Numbered from the stretch's first letter, positions 10,423 through 20,807 are shown. The stretch: DNA of 64,000 nucleotides from an uncultured virus (IMG/VR IMGVR_UViG_3300028805_000115) (IMGVR_UViG_3300028805_000115), one strand, 5' to 3'. A program made the numbers and translations. Notes: generated from the letters alone by a model not told the origin.

Positions 10423-10941
10423 TCATTCTGTTGTGCTTGTTGTGTCAGGTGTGAACACAAAGTCATCGGTAAGCTTATCTACAGTACCTGTAGTAATCTT
10501 GTTACTGTAGTAAACTGTAATAGGCATATCTGTCTTTGTATCGCCACCGATGCTGTTGTACACGATTGTACAATCGTTATGCTTCTCAGCTTCATACTCG
10601 CCTACATCGCCCTTGAATGCTGTGATAACATAAACTGTAAAAGCGCCAAGCTCTGACAGTGCGTTTCTGCGTCTCTTTTCATTCAAGAACTCAGCAAGTG
10701 CATTTCCACCTGTGATGGTGAAAGGCTCGAAATTCTGCTGGGGCTGTGACTTGTTGACATCGGTGTAGTTCTCGCCAAGAATATCGGTTATGGTAGTGAT
10801 ATCATGATTGTAATCAATCTGTGATGACTCAATACGATGTCCAAGAATCTGGCGTTTCTGTGTACTACCTTCTGTCCACTCTGCAACAGTGATGAGCAAT
10901 TTACGGTCGGCTCTCTGACCTGTCTGAAGATTAAAAGACAT
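10423..10941 (-). CDS. Major tail (tube) protein
   Basis: 172 aa, synteny, strong RBS; ends in TTSTTE. Confidence 0.7.
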   Translation of the reverse strand: MSFNLQTGQRADRKLLITVAEWTEGSTQKRQILGHRIESSQIDYNHDITTITDILGENYTDVNKSQPQQNFEPFTITGGNALAEFLNEKRRRNALSELGAFTVYVITAFKGDVGEYEAEKHNDCTIVYNSIGGDTKTDMPITVYYSNKITTGTVDKLTDDFVFTPDTTSTTE

Positions 10942-10954
10942 TGTTCTTTCCTCC

Positions 10955-11437
10955 TTAATTAGTAATTACTTTGCTATTGTCGATATAGTCAACCTGAATA
11001 GTAAAGCTGTATTTTGCTAATGCAGGTTTTAACTGCGTGTCTACTCCGTTCAATACTGGATTATCAGTTACAACGCGCATTTCCTCAATCTGACAATTAT
11101 TGCCAAAATCAGGATAAATTCTTGCTTCTTCCTGCTCATTAACCCAATCGATAATGTCCTGAATATCAACATATTCCTGCACATTCTCGTTTAAATTAAT
11201 TTGAGATTTTACAACAGCTTGATAACTGACTGACCTATAATCAATCAGTGTAAAGCTATATCTTTTCAGCACACTTCCATCAATATAAGGTTTATTGATG
11301 TTCTTATCGTTGCTGGCTGTGACAATCTGCTTGTTATCTGGTTTTGCATTGATGAAGTTAAAGAATAGCGGATTGCTCTGTATTGCTGGGCAGGTGCATA
11401 AAAAATCTATGACTGCCTTTTCTTTACTATCTGCCAT
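10955..11437 (-). CDS. Tail terminator / minor capsid-type protein
   Basis: YIDGS..RYSF...AKYSFTIQVDY; synteny. Confidence 0.6.
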   Translation of the reverse strand: MADSKEKAVIDFLCTCPAIQSNPLFFNFINAKPDNKQIVTASNDKNINKPYIDGSVLKRYSFTLIDYRSVSYQAVVKSQINLNENVQEYVDIQDIIDWVNEQEEARIYPDFGNNCQIEEMRVVTDNPVLNGVDTQLKPALAKYSFTIQVDYIDNSKVITN

Positions 11438-11885
11438 AAATCTCTCTTGCCCTCCTCAACAATATGTTTTCAACGTCTTTGGTAAATTCTTCACCCTGTT
11501 CCTGCATCATGACCTCATCCCAATGTGCTGTAGCTCTCGGATGCTTTTCTGTGCTATAGTTCATTGACCTACCCGTAGGTGATTTTGGCATATTTGGTAT
11601 GCTGAACCATCCGACAATTACACCATTTTCGATTATCGGGATATTAGGTCCGTAGACATTACCTTCATATAGATAATGTGCATACGGAACAGCTTCATTT
11701 CCCCATTGTACGTATTCTGGAGTTACCTGTGCAAATGCTGATTGTGAAAGGGCACCTTCGTCCATAGGAACATACGGGTCACATCTCTTTGCAAAAGCGG
11801 TATGTATCTCAAGCATGGTTGCATCATCAACGATATCCTGAAGTTGCTGTAATATGATATTGCTGATATCAACCGATACTGACAT
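11427..11885 (-). CDS. Minor capsid / tail completion protein
   Basis: YVPMDEGAL...PYAHYLYEG...HPRATAHWD motifs of A118-type minor capsid proteins. Confidence 0.7.
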   Translation of the reverse strand: MSVSVDISNIILQQLQDIVDDATMLEIHTAFAKRCDPYVPMDEGALSQSAFAQVTPEYVQWGNEAVPYAHYLYEGNVYGPNIPIIENGVIVGWFSIPNMPKSPTGRSMNYSTEKHPRATAHWDEVMMQEQGEEFTKDVENILLRRAREIYGR

Positions 11886-11886
11886 A

Positions 11887-12333
11887 TTATACTCCTTGCG
11901 CTCTGTAATGTGGTAGTCCTCTGCCGGGCCCAACATTTACTGCGGCGACTTCAATCTCAAAACAACCTTGTAACTCTTTATACTTCTCAAGTAAATCTGA
12001 TGAGCGATGCCCTGAGGCATACTCATTTATTACATCGTCAACATCGCCTTTAACGATGATATCTCCCTGTCCAAGTGTAAAAAATTGAGCTTTGACATCA
12101 GCAGGAAGATTTATCCATACACCTTTTTCTTTGAAGCTGGCAGACTCACGTATTCTACATACTGTACTGTTTGTCTCAAGAACTGTATCTCTGATTGTTA
12201 CTTTATCATGTACATATTTCCAGAAACAACCATCAACAACATGCTTATACCACGTGACCATCTGTGTGATTGGGTCTGTGTATTTGTTGTAGATTGTAAC
12301 AGTGGTATCCCACCAAACAGGATATTTACTCAT
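11887..12333 (-). CDS. Head closure / head-tail adaptor
   Basis: TVTIYNK...GDIIVKG...H; synteny. Confidence 0.6.
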   Translation of the reverse strand: MSKYPVWWDTTVTIYNKYTDPITQMVTWYKHVVDGCFWKYVHDKVTIRDTVLETNSTVCRIRESASFKEKGVWINLPADVKAQFFTLGQGDIIVKGDVDDVINEYASGHRSSDLLEKYKELQGCFEIEVAAVNVGPGRGLPHYRAQGV

Positions 12334-12745
12334 TCGGATATACTCCTCTATAAAGCACTTTCTGTCCAAGACTATTCTTGACAGCTGAAAGATATTGGTC
12401 GACTATCTGTTTAATCTGCGCCTTACTGTTTTCAACCACATCTTTTGCATTAAGCACATTATAACTTACAGATACACCATCGTTGGACTGACTCGCGATT
12501 CCAGCGCCTTCTGCGTTATTCTGCGCTGATGCTGTATCAAGTCCATTGACCTGCTGTTGTGCTACGATGTACTGAATAATCTTGTAAACACATCTTTTTA
12601 CAGCTTCAGGATATTCCTTTTCATTCTGAAGCCTGTTAAATGTGTACCAATCAACAACGGAAGAAGCTTCAAACTCTAAATCATTAAAGGTGGTTTCATC
12701 AGCTGTTCCACCATAATTCCGATATTCAAGATATGTCAGATACAT
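12326..12745 (-). CDS. Head-tail connector
   Basis: YLTYLEY...YTFNR...VKRCV...SNDGVSVSY...LYRGV. Confidence 0.75.
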   Translation of the reverse strand: MYLTYLEYRNYGGTADETTFNDLEFEASSVVDWYTFNRLQNEKEYPEAVKRCVYKIIQYIVAQQQVNGLDTASAQNNAEGAGIASQSNDGVSVSYNVLNAKDVVENSKAQIKQIVDQYLSAVKNSLGQKVLYRGVYPNE

Positions 12746-12764
12746 TGACTACACCACCTTTCAA

Positions 12765-13094
12765 TTATTTTGCTTTCTTAGTTCTCTTAGATACAGGTTC
12801 ATCGACTTCAGCTGTAGCTTCATCGACTTCAGCTGACTTTGAAGTTGTAGCTTTGAGCTTTGCATTTTCAGCTTTAAGCTCTGCTAACTGCTTCTTTAAA
12901 TCAGCAATCTCTGCCACATGCTTTTCATATGCAAGCTTTAATGAGTTAGTGTCGTTCGGAACATGCTCTTTAATCACGTTTCCAAGCGAATCCACAACAT
13001 CATAGCCTTTAGAGATATATTTGTCTACTGCATCTGCAGGAACGTCTAAATAGACGTTCCTGCGCTTTACTGTAACTGTCTTAGCGTCTGTCAT
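12765..13094 (-). CDS. Small head-associated protein
   Basis: 109 aa after MCP; coiled-coil and Lys-rich tail. Confidence 0.55.
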   Translation of the reverse strand: MTDAKTVTVKRRNVYLDVPADAVDKYISKGYDVVDSLGNVIKEHVPNDTNSLKLAYEKHVAEIADLKKQLAELKAENAKLKATTSKSAEVDEATAEVDEPVSKRTKKAK

Positions 13095-13116
13095 AACTGA
13101 CTCCTTATATCAACTG

Positions 13117-14130
13117 TCATTCAGTTGTTTCTGTGGTCTCGGTAGTTTCAGTTGTCTCTGTAGTACCAGTTGTGCCGGCATCAGTGATATTAAACTGAAT
13201 TGCATCCGACTTCTTGTTAAGAATGAATGCGTCCTCGAATGACTCCTCGTAGTAAACATACTTGCCTTCTGACATTGCTGAAGGAGCATCAAGTCTTGAG
13301 AAGGTGTAGCTTACGGGTGTGATGACTGCAAGCGGATGAACAAGGAACATGTTAATCTGCTTTGCTCCGGGAGCTACTTCCCAACCTGTAGTAAACTTAT
13401 AAGCTGTTTTCATAAGTGTTGCAGGAACACCGATGACTTCAACCTCATCAAGTCTGTTTACTCTACGGTCGATTGCGTTGGGTCCTGAAGTGATGTCCAT
13501 TGAACGTGAAATCTTATCAGCATTGCCGATGAGCTTCTTAACTTCATTGGTTACATACAGGATACGACCTGTAGGAGGTACCATTGCATTGTCCATCTTC
13601 AGCATTAAGTCATCAAATACATTGAGAACATTCTGAAGTGTAAGAACTGTGGTATCAGGTGTATGTGTCTCCTGAGTACGGGGATTCTTTGTCTCAAGCC
13701 AGTCAGTGTAAATCTTTGAAATGAGATAAGCATCCATTTCGGGGAACTTCTGCTCTGTATTAAATACGTTAGTGATGTTAGCGATGGTTGCTACCATGTT
13801 GGTCTGGTCAATGTCCATAGGATGAACAAGTGTAGACCACTTTCTCTGATTCTCAAGAGTCTTGGGCTCCCAAGCGTTGTCGTAATTACGCTGTGCAAAT
13901 GCTACGGTATCTCTGTCAGCATTAACACGACCGGAAGTTGAAATGCTGGGAATCTCGATAGTCTTTGCACTTGTCCAACGATATCTGCCATTGTTAGGTG
14001 TGCTGTAAAGCTTACCAAAGTTGAGGACGTAAGGCCACATCTGTGATAATGCTCTTGAATACTCGGTCGCATAGTTAAGTGCTCCCTGTGCGGTTGTGCC
14101 ATTGTTAGCGGGTGCTACATAATCGGGCAT
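13117..14130 (-). CDS. Major capsid protein
   Basis: 337 aa after scaffold; NYATEY, PEMDAY motifs; strong RBS; C-terminal TTE repeats. Confidence 0.9.
   Translation of the reverse strand: MPDYVAPANNGTTAQGALNYATEYSRALSQMWPYVLNFGKLYSTPNNGRYRWTSAKTIEIPSISTSGRVNADRDTVAFAQRNYDNAWEPKTLENQRKWSTLVHPMDIDQTNMVATIANITNVFNTEQKFPEMDAYLISKIYTDWLETKNPRTQETHTPDTTVLTLQNVLNVFDDLMLKMDNAMVPPTGRILYVTNEVKKLIGNADKISRSMDITSGPNAIDRRVNRLDEVEVIGVPATLMKTAYKFTTGWEVAPGAKQINMFLVHPLAVITPVSYTFSRLDAPSAMSEGKYVYYEESFEDAFILNKKSDAIQFNITDAGTTGTTETTETTETTETTE
13120..13170 (-). repeat. Coding repeat (TTE)n at the MCP C-terminus
   Basis: Translation ...GTTGTTETTETTETTETTE-stop with varied codons. Confidence 0.85.
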
Positions 14131-14159
14131 AGTTTTTTCCTCCTGTATAAAAATGGTTT

Positions 14160-14834
14160 TTAAGGCATAGGTCTAATCGGCGTAAAGTGCATCGCATTTA
14201 AAAAGCCTCCAGTCGGGTCACCTGCGTTTACATCTTCAGCTCCGGGTGTAGAACCTACGAACTGCGGTTTGCTCTCAGGACTTTCATTAAACTGGTTTAA
14301 ATCAATCTCAGTAATGAATGCATCCTGATTGCTTTCGGTGTATGACTTCAAGAAGTCATCAGCACCAAGAATGGAGTCATTCTCCATCTTTAACTGCTTT
14401 GCAAGCATAGACTGTATGAAGTCTCTTTTAGCGGCCGTACTTGAGAACGTCTGTCCATCAGCATACCTATTAACTGCATACTTATAGGCCTGCTCCTGTA
14501 ACTGCTTCTTATGAGCTTTTGAATCCTCATCATACTTAGACTGTAAAGTCTGAAGCTGTGTGGTAAGCTCGGCAAGCTTTGTAGTATCTGCGCCTGCACT
14601 CTCAAGCTGTTTCTTTAGAGTCTCCAAGTCTGTGTCGCGTGTTGAGATTGTACCTGTAAGAGTCTCAATCTCTCTTGCTTTTGACTCAAGCTCGGCATCA
14701 AACTTACTCTTGGACACATATGCGCCTTCGCTCAAATCAGCAAACTTAGCATTGCCAGCTTTTGCTAATTCGGCAAACTGTTCATAAGTCAATACGCCAT
14801 TCTCTGCTTTGTCAAAAATTTCTTTGATGTTCAT
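14160..14834 (-). CDS. Capsid scaffolding protein (GP20-like)
   Basis: YVSKSKF + coiled-coil; directly upstream of MCP. Confidence 0.8.
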   Translation of the reverse strand: MNIKEIFDKAENGVLTYEQFAELAKAGNAKFADLSEGAYVSKSKFDAELESKAREIETLTGTISTRDTDLETLKKQLESAGADTTKLAELTTQLQTLQSKYDEDSKAHKKQLQEQAYKYAVNRYADGQTFSSTAAKRDFIQSMLAKQLKMENDSILGADDFLKSYTESNQDAFITEIDLNQFNESPESKPQFVGSTPGAEDVNAGDPTGGFLNAMHFTPIRPMP

Positions 14835-14943
14835 AAATTTCCTCCATTCTTTATGTCTGTTATTTGTAAACGCGGATTACAGTGTCCGCTGAATGTGCGT
14901 TCTTTAAACGACTTTACGCTGGTCGTATATATCAATGGGCTAT

Positions 14944-15201
14944 TCACCCTTTTGATAACTGATTTTCCACTGATTCCATGCGTCTTTCAAGATTGTGTAC
15001 TTTCTCAATTAAGACAGGTACCTGCTCGATACCAGCACTATGTTTTTCCACCTGCGCTGTGATATAATCAAGCTTGATGTTCATCTCCGACTGATTAATT
15101 TCTAATTTATGCTCAATCTGCCTGTTCGACATGATATTGGTAAAAATTATTCCAATCAACGCTAAAACACCAGTGATAATTGAGGGCAGTATGTTTTCCA
15201 T
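14944..15201 (-). CDS. Small membrane protein (N-terminal TM + coiled-coil; holin-like)
   Basis: MENILPSIITGVLALIGIIFT; AAAGGAGG RBS. Confidence 0.55.
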   Translation of the reverse strand: MENILPSIITGVLALIGIIFTNIMSNRQIEHKLEINQSEMNIKLDYITAQVEKHSAGIEQVPVLIEKVHNLERRMESVENQLSKG

Positions 15202-15238
15202 GAGCGACCTCCTTTGAGAATATTTATTCTCACTTTGT

Positions 15239-15267
15239 AGTATAACATCTTTTGGTGAAAAATACAA
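15239..15267 (-). promoter_or_regulatory. SigmaA-type promoter ahead of the scaffold/capsid operon
   Basis: TTGTAT-N17-TATACT with extended TG. Confidence 0.55.
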
Positions 15268-15277
15268 GTGGTTTTTA

Positions 15278-16498
15278 TCATTTTACCGAAATTTTTTTGT
15301 AACCATTTACCTGTATCTTGCCAAGCTTCATAGACAATCCACAAGCTTTGGAAAACGTGCTGTATTCTGCGGTATATCTGTTTATCTTGACTTGATATTC
15401 CTTAGCTAATTCTATGTCTCCTGCGCTTTGAGCGGCTATCTGACCATCTTTAGCTTGTCTTATCTTTGTTTCAAACATTCTCTGTCGCTGTGTGCATTCA
15501 TACATTGTGAGATGTTTACCACTTGGAAGTGTATATCCTTCTTCATTCTTCTTGAGTATTTCCTGTAGCTGTTTATCTGTGTACGTCTGACCTTCAACAC
15601 CTATAACTATTGATATCGCAAAGTGCCTACAGTTTAAAGTACCAACAGCTCTCTCAAAGCCTTGATACTCTCTGCCTTGTACATCTTTGAAGTTCTCAGC
15701 ATTCTGCATCTTCTCAAATTCAGCTTTTGAATACTGGTGTCCCTGCATCTCCGCATGGTCAGGAGCAGGATTCATATGTACTGAAATTTCAACGCCATCA
15801 GCTCCAAACTCTTCACCGACTATATTCTGCATCTGCTGGTTTATAGCCCGCATTCCGTCTTGAAGATTTCGCCTGACAGCTGTATCAAGTCTCTGTGCGT
15901 ATGTTCTTCCACTCTCTGTATTGTAGACTACATAACGGATACCATTCTCGCATAACTGCTTTAAAGTGTTGTGCATCGCTGTTCTATAATCAACTCCGCC
16001 AGATGCGGCCTGCACTGCTTCATCAACGATTCTTTGATATGTTCTGGCAACATTTGTTGGTATGAACCTCTTAGGGTTTTTAGGGTCTCTGACCATAAAA
16101 GCCTGTGCTTTCGCGATGTTCTTATAACTGTCTGATGTCTGACGTGCCATAGCTTCTACGCGTCTTTTTAACACTGTGTTTTCATCATACGGTATATATG
16201 GCTTTTTTCTAAAATCGTAGAATGGCTTTGCGCTTCTGTATGCATCTTTAGCAACAAATCTTACCAGATTCTGTATATCTGCAACCTGTAAAGCTGTAAG
16301 TCTTGCAAGCTCTTCCATTATCTTCTTAGCATCTGCACCTGTGTTTCTTAGATTAATCAGTGTTTGGACATCAGAAGGTAGCACCTCGCCAACTTCCTTT
16401 ATGCGCTGTGCTATCTTCTTGATTAACCAAGTATTTATTCGCTGTTGTCGATTGATTATAGGCTCTATGAGTCTGTTTAATGCGTCATCTGATAACAT
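15278..16498 (-). CDS. Minor capsid protein (MuF / phage minor capsid 2 family)
   Basis: AVRRN...H..QG...LNCRH...QRQR.FE.KIR; follows portal; no toxin extension. Confidence 0.85.
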   Translation of the reverse strand: MLSDDALNRLIEPIINRQQRINTWLIKKIAQRIKEVGEVLPSDVQTLINLRNTGADAKKIMEELARLTALQVADIQNLVRFVAKDAYRSAKPFYDFRKKPYIPYDENTVLKRRVEAMARQTSDSYKNIAKAQAFMVRDPKNPKRFIPTNVARTYQRIVDEAVQAASGGVDYRTAMHNTLKQLCENGIRYVVYNTESGRTYAQRLDTAVRRNLQDGMRAINQQMQNIVGEEFGADGVEISVHMNPAPDHAEMQGHQYSKAEFEKMQNAENFKDVQGREYQGFERAVGTLNCRHFAISIVIGVEGQTYTDKQLQEILKKNEEGYTLPSGKHLTMYECTQRQRMFETKIRQAKDGQIAAQSAGDIELAKEYQVKINRYTAEYSTFSKACGLSMKLGKIQVNGYKKISVK

Positions 16499-16508
16499 GC
16501 GCTATACC

Positions 16509-18176
16509 TCACTGATTAAACCCCTTGTTGAAATTATTTCCGCTGTTGCCTTCGTTATTGCTCTCCATAATCATATCGTTTTCCGCGCTCTGCATGTTCT
16601 GTTTATCGATTTCCTGAAGTGCCTGCTCTGCCTGTCTCTTTGTCTCTCCAAAGTACCACATTCTGACTTCTACCTTACTTGCAAGACCAGCATTCATGAG
16701 TGATAATCTCTTATTCAGCTCGGTATCTACATCCACCAAGATTGAATCGTCCCACTCAAATGATGCATCATAATCTCCATCAGGTGTGATATTATAAAGG
16801 TCACAGTATGCATTCATGATATAAATCACATCACGCAAAGTATCTTCCAATGAATCCTGTATGTCTTTATTCGTCTGGAATGCTCTCTGCTTCATGGATT
16901 TAATCTCTGTTGCTGTCTTAGCTTCCATTGTAGCATCTGAAAGACTGCCTCGCCCTAATCCGGAGACATCTTCAATCCTCATGAGTATTGCATTAAGTCC
17001 TTGTATATAAGACGAATCACGCAATGTAGGCGCGTAAGGCTGGTATGTATCAGACTCGCCCAAGTCGATGGTTCTGAAGAGTCTTGCCTGTAATTGGTTC
17101 ATCACGGTCTGACCACCACCCTTGCCATCCTCTCTAAACTGCATAGCATCACGGTCAATATCGATTGCCATCTCGCCCGCTTCATATTCCCACAGCATTC
17201 TTGAATACTGCATGTCAGCATCTTTGATGAGGTCTTTTACTCTGCTATAGCCAGATACACCAAGCGGTGATGATGTATCAATCGTATTAGCTTCAGGCAT
17301 TCTGAAGTATGCAAAAAGCGGTTTCTGTATGTTCTTGATGGTCACTGTCTCTTTTAAGTCTTTCCAGCTTGATACACTCGACAGAGGAACTTCCTGACCT
17401 AAATCTAAGCCGTTTAAATCATCTTGATTACCTTTGTTTGTCGTAGACTTAAAAGCTTTATTGATGATGGTCACTGTATTATTCTTCCACTTGTGATATT
17501 CAAGTCTCCTGAAAATGATGTCTTTTTCTGTCTGAGTCTGTATAAAAGCGGCCTCTGTAATCTGTCCGCTTGCGTCAAATGCTAACGGGAAAAAGCTGTC
17601 TGCCTGTATGAAGTCAAATTCAATCTGCCAGTCTGTGTCTTTGCCATCTACTGCATTAGCTACAAGATATGGCTTGATAACAAGTCCACCCTTTGCTATA
17701 CCATACTCTAACTGCTTTCTAAGCTGTTTCTTTAGCTTCTTGTATTGCTCATTAAGGTATTCAGCCCTCTGAGTATTTCCAATGGCTCTATCCTCTGTAA
17801 TTGTCTTAGGCTCTAAGCTCGGCATGATATTGCCATACTCATCAGGTTCAGGTTCTTTGTATTTAGGATTAGGTATTTCGACTTCTTCAGTAGGAGTGGT
17901 TATCTCACTTTCAAATTCAAGCAAAGCTGTTCTTGCTTTCTCGCTTGCTATCATTGCAGGTAAGCCAAGCGATGCTATTCTGACGGGGTCCTGTAATGTA
18001 GGCTCTTTCAGCCAAGGAGCTTGATTCTTGTACATATCAGCCCAAAGCTGTATAGCGTGTTCCATCTGTGATGACATAATAGGTGTTACGTGTAAAGTCT
18101 GTTCGATTGTCCTTGCTCCTATCATCTTCTTCAGTATCTCCTTTAATTTTGATATTATACTTGACCAAAATGCCAT
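16509..18176 (-). CDS. Portal protein (A118/SPP1 type)
   Basis: 555 aa; PEAN...SPLGVS, KTATEI, WDDS motifs. Confidence 0.9.
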   Translation of the reverse strand: MAFWSSIISKLKEILKKMIGARTIEQTLHVTPIMSSQMEHAIQLWADMYKNQAPWLKEPTLQDPVRIASLGLPAMIASEKARTALLEFESEITTPTEEVEIPNPKYKEPEPDEYGNIMPSLEPKTITEDRAIGNTQRAEYLNEQYKKLKKQLRKQLEYGIAKGGLVIKPYLVANAVDGKDTDWQIEFDFIQADSFFPLAFDASGQITEAAFIQTQTEKDIIFRRLEYHKWKNNTVTIINKAFKSTTNKGNQDDLNGLDLGQEVPLSSVSSWKDLKETVTIKNIQKPLFAYFRMPEANTIDTSSPLGVSGYSRVKDLIKDADMQYSRMLWEYEAGEMAIDIDRDAMQFREDGKGGGQTVMNQLQARLFRTIDLGESDTYQPYAPTLRDSSYIQGLNAILMRIEDVSGLGRGSLSDATMEAKTATEIKSMKQRAFQTNKDIQDSLEDTLRDVIYIMNAYCDLYNITPDGDYDASFEWDDSILVDVDTELNKRLSLMNAGLASKVEVRMWYFGETKRQAEQALQEIDKQNMQSAENDMIMESNNEGNSGNNFNKGFNQ

Positions 18177-18182
18177 ATTTAT

Positions 18183-18845
18183 TTACCTCTCGATTTCAAG
18201 TATCTTCTCCTCTAACTGTGTGACTAAATCATCATCTGTCCAATACTGCGCTCTTACCTGCTCTTTACGCTTTCCACCGCTTCCACCACCTAACAGATAG
18301 TCTATATGGTCTACAAGATTCGGAACTATATTGAGTGCGATACAGTCTCTATGGAACTCTTTCAGATATGCTCTGAATGCCCAATCATCGTTTCTACCTT
18401 TTTCCCAATAATGTCTGTAAACAGGATTGCCGATGATGTATTTTGTAACCCACTCGGCACATTCTCGCGCCCACATATTCGGTATTCTGATACAAGGGAA
18501 GCTGAACCACATTCTGACGCGCGGAATCGCCCCTATTTTGTCTTTTATGTCTCCGTCGTACGTTTTACTACTGAAGCCACAAACAAGCCCGTTATCGTAC
18601 CATTCTGTGCGTTGTTTAAAGTCTTTACAGATAATCACATCATCTTGTAAATGCCAAGTGCCTTCTAAGTCATTTGGACAGCTGGCAAATGCGCTCATAC
18701 AAGCTTTGAGATTACCTTCATGCTTTTCATCATTATACACTTTTATATCAGCTTTTTCAATACCCTGTGCCAACATTGATGGTATTAAATATTGTTCTAC
18801 GTACCACAGTCTTTTTGGATATGTATGAATCATATATTTTGTCAT
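18183..18845 (-). CDS. Putative glycosyltransferase (GT-A-like)
   Basis: WHLQDDV, NDD, PNLVDH motifs; adjacent to a GT2 gene. Confidence 0.55.
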   Translation of the reverse strand: MTKYMIHTYPKRLWYVEQYLIPSMLAQGIEKADIKVYNDEKHEGNLKACMSAFASCPNDLEGTWHLQDDVIICKDFKQRTEWYDNGLVCGFSSKTYDGDIKDKIGAIPRVRMWFSFPCIRIPNMWARECAEWVTKYIIGNPVYRHYWEKGRNDDWAFRAYLKEFHRDCIALNIVPNLVDHIDYLLGGGSGGKRKEQVRAQYWTDDDLVTQLEEKILEIER

Positions 18846-18846
18846 G

Positions 18847-19443
18847 CTATTTTCTCCTGTCCATCTCTGTCTGACTGCCTTTTCGTAACCAATTGTAATA
18901 ATACATCAAAGCATCAAAGTCCACTACTCTCAATCGCTTTGAAAACATTTGCCTATGAAATTGCACATCACTCTTGGAATGAATGTTTCCAAATCTTGAA
19001 TCGCCAATGCTCGTGCGTTTCCAAGCTTTGTTCCATGTCGCTATCCAATATTCGCCATCGGGTCTTTTAGGTCTTGCATATAACCAATTCTTAAATATAA
19101 AACTGAAGCATAAAATATCGGGTTCGTTTTCTTCTCTTAACTTTCGGTCAAGCTCTGTCAATACATATTCGTGAAGCCACCAGTCATCATCATCCATAAA
19201 AAGTATATAATCGCCTTTAGCTTCTTCAATACCTCTATTTCTCGTTGGTCCATCACAGTGATTTTCAACTGTAAATACTTTGTCTGTGTATTCTCTGGCT
19301 ATGCTTTCAGTGTTGTCCGTACAGCTGTCACATACGATTATCAACTCGAAATCACGAAAAACCTGCATTTTTATGCTTTCCAACGCTTTTCGGATATGGT
19401 TTTCAGAGTTGAACGCTGGAATTATGATGCTAAATCTCATCAA
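18847..19443 (-). CDS. Glycosyltransferase family 2
   Basis: SIIIPAFN, ELIIVCD, RNRGI, FMDDDD, WNK motifs. Confidence 0.9.
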   Translation of the reverse strand: MMRFSIIIPAFNSENHIRKALESIKMQVFRDFELIIVCDSCTDNTESIAREYTDKVFTVENHCDGPTRNRGIEEAKGDYILFMDDDDWWLHEYVLTELDRKLREENEPDILCFSFIFKNWLYARPKRPDGEYWIATWNKAWKRTSIGDSRFGNIHSKSDVQFHRQMFSKRLRVVDFDALMYYYNWLRKGSQTEMDRRK

Positions 19444-20753
19444 TTACCCTTTCTGTTAGCGTATTTCTGTAATGCATAACGCACCGCATCTATTGAATGG
19501 TTGTTTTCGTCTGGATATGCACTTATGAAATTTCCATCTCTGTCCTGCTCGTACTCATACTGCGTAAACTCTTTGTAGGTCTCGGGACATCTTCTTGCAT
19601 CGATGTAAATATGATTTAAGCCCTGCAACCACTTTATGCCATATCGTACTGAATCTGGTCCTTTGTCAGCACCTCGAATGAATGCTCCGTATGCTTTAAA
19701 GTCTGCGATTGATTTTTCCTCTGCGCTGTCGGCTATCACCAGCTCATCCTTGCGTAGTTTCTTCAAGTCATTGTATAAAATGTCGAATACGACCTGATTT
19801 CGCGTTTTTACTGTGTTGTACTCATCAAAGATGTATAAATCCAAGTGCTTGATATCAAAATGCATTCTGACAAATCGGAACGGGTCTCTTGCAAATCCCC
19901 AATCGATGCCATTGTATATCTCACTGAATGTCTGCCACATTGGCACTTTTTTGTCCTCAATTCCCATGCCGTTGTAATGAGGTACAAGCTTAGTCATATC
20001 CAAATCGCAAGCATTGGGAAATACATCTCCGCCTGTTCCAACAGGAACTCCCATGTATTCATGCTCATACGCTCTCGGATTCTTTTCTTTCAGTTCTTCA
20101 GCTTCTTCAAGAAATTCTGGTCCTAACCATTCTTCTGGCACTTGTAAATATGTTGTTCGTATAACAAGTGTTGACTTCTTAGGTCTCAGCTCGTATTCTT
20201 CTACAAATTCATTAGCCCAATTATTCTTTGAGATAGGCGGGTTAAATGTTCTGAAATCCCAAAACAGCTGACCACCACGCTTTGTAGACTGTGTTACTTT
20301 TCTAAGCTCGCGCTCGCCCGCGAATTGGTCAAGCTCCTCAAACCAGTTTATCCCGATATATCCGAATGTCGGCTTTATTGATTTTACTTTGTCTGGGTCA
20401 TCAAGTCCCATGAAGTAGATTTTTTGACCTGTTGGTTTATATTCGATTGGTGTACTGTAATTTTTTGGTATACTGAATAAATCCTGTAACCCTAATTGAT
20501 AGATTCCCCAAACGACCTGTGGAAATATCGATGTCTGAATCGTATTGGCTATCTTTCTAAAACAGACTGCATGTATATTTGAATATGCTGTGATTAACAG
20601 CGGTATTGCTATTCCACCAATGAATGATGACTTTGTGCTTCCTCGTCCGCCCGGCAGTATATATTTGCTATGTCGATGGTCCAATATATCTTCTAAGACA
20701 TCGAAAAAGTCAGGTATTATGCACTCACGGAGAGGTATATCAATTTGTGGCAT
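19440..20753 (-). CDS. terL: Terminase large subunit (PBSX type)
   Basis: GGRGSTKS Walker A, WFEE Walker B, TFNPP, GIDWG, NHSIDAVRY. Confidence 0.95.
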   Translation of the reverse strand: MPQIDIPLRECIIPDFFDVLEDILDHRHSKYILPGGRGSTKSSFIGGIAIPLLITAYSNIHAVCFRKIANTIQTSIFPQVVWGIYQLGLQDLFSIPKNYSTPIEYKPTGQKIYFMGLDDPDKVKSIKPTFGYIGINWFEELDQFAGERELRKVTQSTKRGGQLFWDFRTFNPPISKNNWANEFVEEYELRPKKSTLVIRTTYLQVPEEWLGPEFLEEAEELKEKNPRAYEHEYMGVPVGTGGDVFPNACDLDMTKLVPHYNGMGIEDKKVPMWQTFSEIYNGIDWGFARDPFRFVRMHFDIKHLDLYIFDEYNTVKTRNQVVFDILYNDLKKLRKDELVIADSAEEKSIADFKAYGAFIRGADKGPDSVRYGIKWLQGLNHIYIDARRCPETYKEFTQYEYEQDRDGNFISAYPDENNHSIDAVRYALQKYANRKGN

Positions 20754-20807
20754 ATCTGACTGTTATTCCTTTCTGTAAAATCAGCAAAAAGCAGGCTGTT
20801 TACCTGC

